The position numbers were made by a program, and so were the translations under genes. Below the pieces are notes generated by a model. That model searched no databases, had not been told where the DNA came from, and saw only the letters and a list, made by a program, of their open reading frames with translations. A stretch of DNA of 63,613 nt, the filler included, from Candidatus Woesearchaeota archaeon (GTDB lineage: Archaea; Nanobdellota; Nanobdellia; Woesearchaeales; BM511), in NCBI GenBank assembly GCA_023266675.1. It is 4 parts of 4 records of this genome, joined end to end, with 100 filler letters (N's around TTAATTAATTAA, not from the genome) between each part and the next. Parts side by side here need not be neighbours in the genome. Positions count along the whole stretch, not along the records: positions 1 to 20,465 come from JAHFPP010000019.1; 3 more parts are not named here. The stretch is one strand, 5' to 3'. This document shows positions 9,269-17,117 of this stretch, in pieces (positions within the stretch are counted from its first letter, which is position 1; each line of letters begins with the position of its first letter).

Positions 9269-10033
9269 GTGAATGATATGGATGGCTCTGTAATGCTCAA
9301 CAAACTGGATGAATTTATGTCTACACAGGTTAGAAAGGATGTGCTTAAATGTTATGTTATAAAAGATTCTTCCCAATCAGATGTAGTCACCTGCCTAGAT
9401 AAAATGAAACCCCAATATGGTTCAACTTCTACTGTAGATAGAATTACTTCCAGCTTAAATTATATAGGTATAATTGACAAAGAAGATATAAAAGAAAATA
9501 AGCAATATTACCGCGTTAATTGGCATATTTGGATACAAGAAACATTAAAATCACTTGGATTAAAAAATGTTTCTGAAGAAAAGGTTGCAGAGATTGAGAA
9601 ATTAGTTTCAGACAAAAAAATGATTGCCTTCTATTTTGCATTAACTTCTGAAGACGTATTAAAAACTATATGGCAGGAAAAACTGGATAAGGTTACCCTT
9701 AAAGAGCTTAAAAAAGAAGGGATACAACCGGAGATATTTTTGAATTATATGATTAAACAGGGACCTGGCATCAGTCACTTACCATTTTTCTTCATTTTAT
9801 CAGGGAATCCAATGGCAAAATTATGGGCTAAGGATATGAAAGATACCAAAAAAACTAAAGAAAAATCGTTTATTAAAGCTTTAAATGATGCTATTTTGAA
9901 AGATCCTGCAAAAGAAGTCCTTGAAAAATTCGATGACAAAGTCCTGAAAGAGATAATTGATAATATGAGAAAAATAGAGGAGGCAACAAAAAAACTATTT
10001 ATTGAACAGCTAAAAGAACAAATGAAATCATAA
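9269..10033 (+). CDS. Cassette 2 gene: hypothetical protein, possible N-terminal winged helix
   Basis: Long ORF; TVDRITSSLNYIGII...YYRVN resembles wHTH. Confidence 0.65.
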   Translation: MNDMDGSVMLNKLDEFMSTQVRKDVLKCYVIKDSSQSDVVTCLDKMKPQYGSTSTVDRITSSLNYIGIIDKEDIKENKQYYRVNWHIWIQETLKSLGLKNVSEEKVAEIEKLVSDKKMIAFYFALTSEDVLKTIWQEKLDKVTLKELKKEGIQPEIFLNYMIKQGPGISHLPFFFILSGNPMAKLWAKDMKDTKKTKEKSFIKALNDAILKDPAKEVLEKFDDKVLKEIIDNMRKIEEATKKLFIEQLKEQMKS

Positions 10034-10159
10034 TTAAGTACTTAGCACGGAACAATTCCCATAAGAAGAACTGCCCCGCGTAAGCGTGTTACAACTTTTC
10101 TTTTTATTAGGGAGTATTTAAACTTTTTTGTTCTGCGCTAGTAACTTTAAAAAAATAAG

Positions 10160-10747
10160 GTGAAAGCAATGGAAAAACAAAAAATACAAGAAGTATTTTC
10201 CGAGCAGATAAAGCCGCAACTCGGAAGGATACATAAAGAAGAAAAATATCTGAATATAGTGTGGCAGTTAGCTGAAAATGCTTCAGCTAATGATGGAAAA
10301 GGATTGAGAGAAGCGCAACTCACAGATGAAGTAAAACCTGCGTCACAAGCTTTGAATCGGCTTGCAGATAAAGGATTTGTTGAAATTACTCTTCCTGTTG
10401 GAAACGGAACCTTACTTATTGACCCTATAAACAATAAAAGAGAACTTTTCAAAAAGCAGGAGATGATTGAAAGATATTTTACGAAGTTTAGACTGCATCT
10501 CGATAGTAGTCAAGAAGTACAACAAATAGCTATGGAAGTGCTACATCTTAATTCCGAACGCGAATTAAACCGATGGGCAGAGTCACTTGAAGAGCAAGAT
10601 AACTTTGAGCGATATAACCTTGTCGTTTTCAAATTACTTGAAAGAGGAATTGAAGTCGGAAAGCAATTTTATGGTCCAATGCACTGGCGGAAGATGAGTA
10701 AATTTTACAACATTTCTGAAAAGACAAAAACAATTCTTGAGGGATGA
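10160..10747 (+). CDS. Cassette 2 gene: hypothetical protein, possible winged helix
   Basis: SQALNRLADKGFVEI. Confidence 0.65.
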   Translation: MKAMEKQKIQEVFSEQIKPQLGRIHKEEKYLNIVWQLAENASANDGKGLREAQLTDEVKPASQALNRLADKGFVEITLPVGNGTLLIDPINNKRELFKKQEMIERYFTKFRLHLDSSQEVQQIAMEVLHLNSERELNRWAESLEEQDNFERYNLVVFKLLERGIEVGKQFYGPMHWRKMSKFYNISEKTKTILEG

Positions 10748-10938
10748 ACATGACAAAATTTATCTCACGAAGAAATACAAATGTCGATTTTAGCTTTATT
10801 GCAAAAAATCCTGCAACAATCTTAATTGCAGGAGGCGTTCTTTTTTTGTTGATTGGCAAAGAATTATGGGGAGTATTACTCATTATATTAGGAGTAGTGC
10901 TTCACTTAATATGGTTAAAAGGAAAAGGGAGGATATAA
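10744..10938 (+). CDS. Cassette 2 gene: small 2-TM membrane protein
   Basis: Hydrophobic hairpin; ATGA overlap with upstream gene. Confidence 0.65.
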   Translation: MNMTKFISRRNTNVDFSFIAKNPATILIAGGVLFLLIGKELWGVLLIILGVVLHLIWLKGKGRI

Positions 10939-10939
10939 A

Positions 10940-11263
10940 ATGTTAAGCCTAATAGACACATGGATAAAAGCGACGGTTGAACATAGAATACTGAATATTG
11001 AGTATTTTAGCCACACAAAACAAGAGTATACTAAAAGAGATATTGAACCTGATTTTATAGGACCTTCCAGAGATGGAAGAAATAATGGAATATGGGCTAC
11101 ATTTTGTCATCTAAGAAACGAAGGCCCAAGATGTTTTCAACCACATTCTGTAAAGCATTTTTCCATTACTGAAAAAAGCTTTTCTCCTTCACCATTAGGA
11201 AGATGGAAAGAACTGTTGCCATTGTATGAACAAAAAGGACTTAAAGAAAAAGAGTTTGGGTGA
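10940..11263 (+). CDS. Cassette 2 gene: stand-alone WYL-domain protein
   Basis: LNIEY...TKRDIEP...ATFCHLRNEGPRCF matches the WYL pattern. Confidence 0.7.
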   Translation: MLSLIDTWIKATVEHRILNIEYFSHTKQEYTKRDIEPDFIGPSRDGRNNGIWATFCHLRNEGPRCFQPHSVKHFSITEKSFSPSPLGRWKELLPLYEQKGLKEKEFG

Positions 11264-11269
11264 ATTAAA

Positions 11270-11974
11270 ATGAAACTCAAACCCCTCTTTTTATGCTTCT
11301 TGTTAATGAGCACAGTATTGTTTAGTGCATGTACACAACAACAAATTACAGATACAACTGGACAAGTAATTGCATCCGGAAAGAAAATGCTTGATGACAC
11401 CAAGAATTTCGTGTCTAACGAAAGTGCAAGAGATGAAACAAAGATAAGTATGGCTAGTGGAATTGCCGAGTTTGCGACTAACTCCAATATAAAAAAAATA
11501 GAAAAAATTGAAACTTATCAACAATATATTGCAATGGCAGATAACTTAAATTTCGTAATTGATGTTATCAATAAAAAAACAGATGCGAACATAAAACAAA
11601 TATCCAAAGGAGTAGAGGACTGGAACAAATTTAATATGGAAGCTACGCGTTACGCACCTCTTTTTGAAAACTATAATAGTTTAGTGGACAGTTGTTACGC
11701 ATTTGATAAAAACAATGAAAAATCTGCTAACCTAGTATTAATAAAGTCAAGCAGCTTTACTGCAGAAGCGTTATTAATTTTAGGAACTGCATTTTATAAA
11801 ACTGCATTTTTTGCCACAGGGAAAATTGCTGAAGCCACAGGGATAACAAAACTGGCATCCGTATGTGATTCCTGTGTATCTTCAGCTATGAGTGCAGGCC
11901 ATTGGACTATACGTAATGGAATGATTGAAAAAACCACTGAATTTGCTGAAAATATTACATTAGCAAATACTTGA
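11270..11974 (+). CDS. Cassette 2 gene: lipoprotein
   Basis: Signal peptide with FSAC lipobox. Confidence 0.7.
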   Translation: MKLKPLFLCFLLMSTVLFSACTQQQITDTTGQVIASGKKMLDDTKNFVSNESARDETKISMASGIAEFATNSNIKKIEKIETYQQYIAMADNLNFVIDVINKKTDANIKQISKGVEDWNKFNMEATRYAPLFENYNSLVDSCYAFDKNNEKSANLVLIKSSSFTAEALLILGTAFYKTAFFATGKIAEATGITKLASVCDSCVSSAMSAGHWTIRNGMIEKTTEFAENITLANT

Positions 11975-12111
11975 ATTATTATAACTACCCCTGATTTCCT
12001 ATACAATGCTTCGCATGATATTTTTTATGGTTGATAAGAAAAAACTACGGCGGCGGAATAATTTTTGGAGACGAAAAACTCAAGCCCTCGCCACTTACGT
12101 AGCTTCGGGTC

Positions 12112-12250
12112 GAGAAACAAGCGTTAAGCGGTTCGTTTCGCTTGTCCACTTCGTAGCCTTCGCTTCACTCACCCAAATTTGATTTCAACTCTGAATTGCG
12201 GTGTACCTCAATTCGAGGAAATCAAACTTCGCTTAACGCTGATGTTAAAT
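12112..12250 (+). repeat. attC-like site 2
   Basis: AACA-AGCGTTAAGCG ... CGCTTAACGCT-GA-TGTT; CCCAAAT at 12172. Confidence 0.85.
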
Positions 12251-12266
12251 ACAATAAATGCATTTC

Positions 12267-12599
12267 CTATTTACGTGGCTTGGCAACATCAAAAGATCCC
12301 ATAATCTGCTCACGAGTTTTTTCCCATGTCCCATATTTTCTGAGAATTAGATGTGCACATTCTTTTGTAAATATAATATATGCATAAATATCTGATTTTA
12401 CAAATCCGTCTGGGGAATCACTCGAATCAATCACTAAATAATAGTCCATTAAATCGTTATATTTATGGAATTTACGACCAGAATCTTCAAGTGCAAAAAT
12501 TCGGTATAGCTCATTAGCAGTCTGGATTTCAGCTTTAAATTTAAACCAAATAGAATCTTCACTAGAACTAATTCCTTTAATCAATGGTTTTGATGTCAT
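12267..12599 (-). CDS. Cassette 3 gene: hypothetical protein
   Basis: 110-aa ORF filling the cassette. Confidence 0.7.
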   Translation of the reverse strand: MTSKPLIKGISSSEDSIWFKFKAEIQTANELYRIFALEDSGRKFHKYNDLMDYYLVIDSSDSPDGFVKSDIYAYIIFTKECAHLILRKYGTWEKTREQIMGSFDVAKPRK

Positions 12600-12719
12600 A
12601 ATAAGCCAAGTAAATGTTTTAATTTATGTATTTTACGGAAATGCATTTACTTCTCCGCTCCTCGACTGCGGTCTGTGGTGCTCGACCACGTTGCACTCTC
12701 AGCCTGCGGGCTTCGGGGT

Positions 12720-12830
12720 ATTTAACAGCGATTACACGGCTCACTCCTTGCAGTCGTTCGACCCAAATTCCTCGCCTATCTTATAACTGAAATTTTGTGC
12801 GAGGAACTTCGTGTAATCGCGATGTTATGT
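12720..12830 (+). repeat. attC-like site 3
   Basis: AACA-GCGATTACACG ... CGTGTAATCGC-GA-TGTT; CCCAAAT at 12762. Confidence 0.85.
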
Positions 12831-12899
12831 GCAATATTACTCAGGGACAAATAAAATAATTTAGTAAACCTTTTATAGAAACTAATCTAAGTATAGATA

Positions 12900-13322
12900 A
12901 TGGAGAAGACAATCATGGGAATATTTTCTGATGGATGGTGGATATTCTCTCAAGGATTAGATGGATTGATTTATTTTTGGTATGTAACATTAATATTAGT
13001 TCTCATGCTTTGTCTTTCAATTTATTTGATGTATAGAAAAAAAATAAAATTTCCTAAAAAGAGATTATACTTTTTGTTATATCCACTTTTTTTACCAGTT
13101 ATCATTTCTTTATTAGGTTCGATATTTTATGATACTCAATATGCTGGTATTGGGTATTTACCTGTTTTTTTATTTTTTTCAGATTTTATTTATTCAGCTA
13201 TTCTAATATACAAATTCAAGGATTATAGATTATTTCTATTTTCATTTTTTGGTTTACTTATTTGGTTAACTTTCTGGGTTCTTTTTGTTGCTGGAATGTC
13301 AATTGCTAATGATTGGATGTAA
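12900..13322 (+). CDS. Cassette 4 gene: 4-TM membrane protein
   Basis: Hydrophobic ORF ending GMSIANDWM. Confidence 0.75.
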   Translation: MEKTIMGIFSDGWWIFSQGLDGLIYFWYVTLILVLMLCLSIYLMYRKKIKFPKKRLYFLLYPLFLPVIISLLGSIFYDTQYAGIGYLPVFLFFSDFIYSAILIYKFKDYRLFLFSFFGLLIWLTFWVLFVAGMSIANDWM

Positions 13323-13376
13323 TTTTATTTGTCCCTTGCGTCATACTACCCTCGCTCACGTTGTAAGCTTCGGTGC

Positions 13377-13517
13377 ACATAACAGCGATTAACTGGTTCG
13401 GCACTTCGTGGTTCCCACTCTAAAGGTCTCCGCCCACGAAATGCCTCTCCCAAATTGCGAACACTATTTGATAACTAAACTTTTGGTTCGCAACTCCAGT
13501 TAATCGCGTTGTTATAC
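13377..13517 (+). repeat. attC-like site 4 (end of array)
   Basis: AACA-GCGATTAACTGG ... CCAGTTAATCGC-GT-TGTT; CCCAAAT at 13449. Confidence 0.85.
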
Positions 13518-13585
13518 GAAGTAATTGTAACCGCTCATTCTCAACACGCAAAATATAAAAACCCCTTCTTTGATAATAGAGTATT

Positions 13586-14668
13586 ATGAAGATTTATCAG
13601 AAAGTTGATATGAATAAGATTAAGCGTCATCATCTTGAAGTTCTTAAGAGTTTGCAGTACAAAAGCGGTTTATTCGCAGCGTCAAAGAAAAGCGTATCAA
13701 CCGGCTACGATAAAGCGTGGCTTAGAGACAACTTCTATGAGTGCCTGGCGTTTGAGACAGTTGGTGATTATGACACTGTGAAAAAGACTTATAGGGCGAT
13801 TCTTGACATTTTTTTAAAGCATGAGGAAAAGATTGACTGGGCGATTAAGCAAAAGCCTGATGCTGATTGGAAATACATCCACCCGAGGTATAATCCGGAC
13901 ACTTTTGAGGAATTCTGGGAAGAGTGGGGTTTTAAGCAGCATGACTGCATCGGCGCAATTCTTTTTAAGATAGGTGAGCTTGAAGTTGACAGGAAGATAA
14001 AGATATTAAAAAATGAGAAAGATTACAGGATTGTGCAAAAATTAGTTGATTATCTTTCAAGCATTGAATACTGGCACGACCCAGACTCAGGGATGTGGGA
14101 GGAGAACCAGGAAATACACGCGTCATCAGTTGGCGCCTGTGTTGCAGGACTTCAAAAGGTTTCACAGATAAGAAAGATAAATGTGAATCCTGAACTTGTC
14201 GTTAAAGGTTTTGGTGTTTTGTTAAACATTCTTCCAAGAGAGTCTGAGAAGAAATTTGTTGACTTGGCATTATTGTCACTTATTTATCCTTATGATATTG
14301 TCAACAAAGAGCAGAGAAATGATATTTTAAAAAACGTTGAATACCACCTTGAGAAGAACATGGGAGTTATAAGGTATAAGAATGACCATTATTACAATAA
14401 AAATCCTGACGGGCATTCTGAGGAAGCTGAGTGGACAATGGGTCTGTCATGGCTTGCAATAATCTATGAAAAGCTTGGAAAACAGAATATGGCCAAACAC
14501 TACATTGAAAAGACATTAAATACAATAACTGACACTGGTGAAATCCCTGAGATCTATTATTCAAACACGAAAAAACCAAACCCAAACACTCCGCTTGGAT
14601 GGGCTGAAAGCCTTTTCATAGTTGCTTTGCACAAGTTCCAAAATGAGTTTTCTGAAAAAGTGAAATAA
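13586..14668 (+). CDS. Glycoside hydrolase family 15 protein (glucoamylase-like)
   Basis: AWLRD, DSGMWEE, GVIRY, PLGWA motifs. Confidence 0.85.
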   Translation: MKIYQKVDMNKIKRHHLEVLKSLQYKSGLFAASKKSVSTGYDKAWLRDNFYECLAFETVGDYDTVKKTYRAILDIFLKHEEKIDWAIKQKPDADWKYIHPRYNPDTFEEFWEEWGFKQHDCIGAILFKIGELEVDRKIKILKNEKDYRIVQKLVDYLSSIEYWHDPDSGMWEENQEIHASSVGACVAGLQKVSQIRKINVNPELVVKGFGVLLNILPRESEKKFVDLALLSLIYPYDIVNKEQRNDILKNVEYHLEKNMGVIRYKNDHYYNKNPDGHSEEAEWTMGLSWLAIIYEKLGKQNMAKHYIEKTLNTITDTGEIPEIYYSNTKKPNPNTPLGWAESLFIVALHKFQNEFSEKVK

Positions 14669-14724
14669 CCTTTTATTTAGAGTATAAACACATCTTTTTT
14701 AAATAAATAATAATTCTTGTAGTT

Positions 14725-16086
14725 ATGAAGAATATTTTGCTTGTTTACCCTCCTTTTTGCACGCCTGCAAGCCCGCCTTACTCGCTTGCTAACCTGTATG
14801 CATTCTTAAAAAAGAATCTTGATGATAAATACGCTGTTGATGTTTTGGATTTAAACGTATTATTCCATAAACTAAAATTCCCAAAATTCCAAGAGTATTA
14901 CAAAAGTATAAACAAAGATATGGATTTTGAAGAGTACAACTCTAAAACAAAAGAGTTTCAGGGATTAACTAAAGATGTTTATGCAAAAAATAACAAGCTC
15001 GTTGTTAATGGCGAAAATCCTGAACTTTTCAAAGAATTAGTTGATAAGATTAAAGAAATGAAGCCCGACATTGTTGCAATAAGCGTTGTCTACTCAAGCC
15101 AGGTTTTCTACACGTATTCAATTATTAAGGAACTAAAAAAGCACGGAATAAAAACAGTTATCGGCGGTCCGGCAGTGAATCCAAAAATAATTGATGCATG
15201 CGACGCACACTTGAAGAATGAGATGGAGCTTATAGGATTCATAAATGGCAAAAAACATGATGAATTAGATTTTGACTACTACCCATTGTATGATAAATTT
15301 AAGTTAGATGATTATTTTGTAGGCTCGCCAGTTATACCTATTAGAACCTGCACATCATGCTACTACAAGAAATGCGCATTTTGCTCGCATCACCAAAACA
15401 GTTTGTATTTTGAGTTCACGCTGGACAGGATAAAAGACAGCATCGTCAATTCAGGGAAAAAGCATATTTTTATTGTTGATGACATGATTCATAAGAAGAG
15501 GCTGCTTGAAATTGCCGACGCATTGAAGCCATTAAATGTTTTTTGGCAGTGCCAGCTAAAGCCGACAATAGACCTTGATTATAAAACTCTTAAGATATTG
15601 CATGATTCAGGTTTAAGAATAGTTGTCTGGGGTGTTGAATCCGCATGCGACAGGGTTCTTGGGTTGATAGAGAAAGGCACAAACAGTAAAGACATAGAGA
15701 AAGTACTTGAAGGCTCAAAGAAAGCAGGCATAAAAAACGGCGTTTACATAATGGCAGGATTCCCCGGCGAGACAAAAGAAGAGTTTATTGAGACAATTGA
15801 TTTTTTAAAAACAAACTCCGCAAACATAGACCTAGTATCAGTATCTATATTTGGACTTCAAAAAGGCACGCCGATTTACAATAATCCTGAGAAATTTGGA
15901 ATAAAGATTATCGAGCAGAAAAGAACAATTCTTGAGCCAAAGATAAGTTACACACTAAAATCCGGGCTAACGCAGGAAGAAGCCTCTGGCATGAAAAAGA
16001 AGTACAAAAAAACTTTGGAAAAATTAAACAAGTATCCAAAAGAAATGAATTTCTTTCGTGAGCATATGCTTTCACTGGAAGAATAA
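14725..16086 (+). CDS. B12-binding radical SAM protein
   Basis: CYYKKCAFC, GVES, GFPGET; N-terminal cobalamin-binding-like domain. Confidence 0.85.
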   Translation: MKNILLVYPPFCTPASPPYSLANLYAFLKKNLDDKYAVDVLDLNVLFHKLKFPKFQEYYKSINKDMDFEEYNSKTKEFQGLTKDVYAKNNKLVVNGENPELFKELVDKIKEMKPDIVAISVVYSSQVFYTYSIIKELKKHGIKTVIGGPAVNPKIIDACDAHLKNEMELIGFINGKKHDELDFDYYPLYDKFKLDDYFVGSPVIPIRTCTSCYYKKCAFCSHHQNSLYFEFTLDRIKDSIVNSGKKHIFIVDDMIHKKRLLEIADALKPLNVFWQCQLKPTIDLDYKTLKILHDSGLRIVVWGVESACDRVLGLIEKGTNSKDIEKVLEGSKKAGIKNGVYIMAGFPGETKEEFIETIDFLKTNSANIDLVSVSIFGLQKGTPIYNNPEKFGIKIIEQKRTILEPKISYTLKSGLTQEEASGMKKKYKKTLEKLNKYPKEMNFFREHMLSLEE

Positions 16087-16102
16087 TAAAAAATTAATTT
16101 TT

Positions 16103-16234
16103 TTATTTCGGATTCGCTTTCGCGTAAATCTTCTGGCAGTCTTCGCAATAGTAAGACCTTGATACTTCGCTTGTAACAAAAAATTTCTTTTTGCATGTTC
16201 TGCAGTATTTTATAATTTTATAAAGTTTAGCCAT
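16103..16234 (-). CDS. 43-aa zinc-finger microprotein
   Basis: MAKLYKIIKYCRTCKKKFFVTSEVSRSYYCEDCQKIYAKANPK; GGTGA RBS; below ORF-track cutoff. Confidence 0.65.
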   Translation of the reverse strand: MAKLYKIIKYCRTCKKKFFVTSEVSRSYYCEDCQKIYAKANPK

Positions 16235-16459
16235 TTTAAAATTCACCCACTAGTTTTATGTAAAATTAATTAAATGATTCAGAAAGTATGACAGAGCATA
16301 AAAGATGTTGTTTCAAGCTTTCAGATATTGAATAATGAAAGAGTGTTTATAAAGATAGAGGTAACCAGCAATATGACTGCTGATTAGAAATATTTTATAA
16401 GTTAATTTTAATTTCATAAGGACAACATATTAAAATATAACCAGATTAAATCATGTAAA

Positions 16460-16792
16460 ATGCCACTACTGCAATACCACTTAATTGCTGATGTACTTCT
16501 GATTTTTTTAATTTATATGTTTGATAAGGAAGTACAAAAGAATAAAAAATTATTCTTAAATGTATCAGCTGCTGTTATTCTCTCAAATTTGATTGACGTT
16601 GACCATTTACTGGCAACACCAATTTATGACTCACTGCGATGCAGCATTAATTTTCACCCGCTTCACAGCTGGTATTTTATGCCGTTATGGATAATTGGTG
16701 TGTTTAATAAAAACAAGTACATCAAATATTTTTGCAGTGGAGTGTTGCTACATTTATTGCTTGATTGGATTCAATGTTTATATTTTATGTGA
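16460..16792 (+). CDS. DUF6122-like membrane protein
   Basis: [25 protein letters not shown] signature. Confidence 0.7.
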   Translation: [110 protein letters not shown]

Positions 16793-16837
16793 TTGAAAAG
16801 AGGTATATTTATAAATAATAAAAAATAGGAAATAGTT

Positions 16838-17095
16838 ATGGATGATTCAACAACACTTCCAATAATATTTTTTATTGCTGCAACAATACAAGTGTATATT
16901 TCTATAAAAGCATTAACAAATAAAGCTTATATCTCGAACTATGTTAAGAAAAGCCATAAAGCGTGGGTGTGGAGAAAAATGTTTGGTGAAGAAAAGACGA
17001 TTATATTAATTAAAAGAGTATTCGCACCATTAGGAATAATTATGGCAATAGGATATGTTATATTGGGCATCTTATTTTTCTTTAAATATATTTAA
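16838..17095 (+). CDS. Small membrane protein
   Basis: Two TM segments. Confidence 0.6.
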   Translation: MDDSTTLPIIFFIAATIQVYISIKALTNKAYISNYVKKSHKAWVWRKMFGEEKTIILIKRVFAPLGIIMAIGYVILGILFFFKYI

Positions 17096-17117
17096 AATTA
17101 AGAAAATATTAAAGTGT

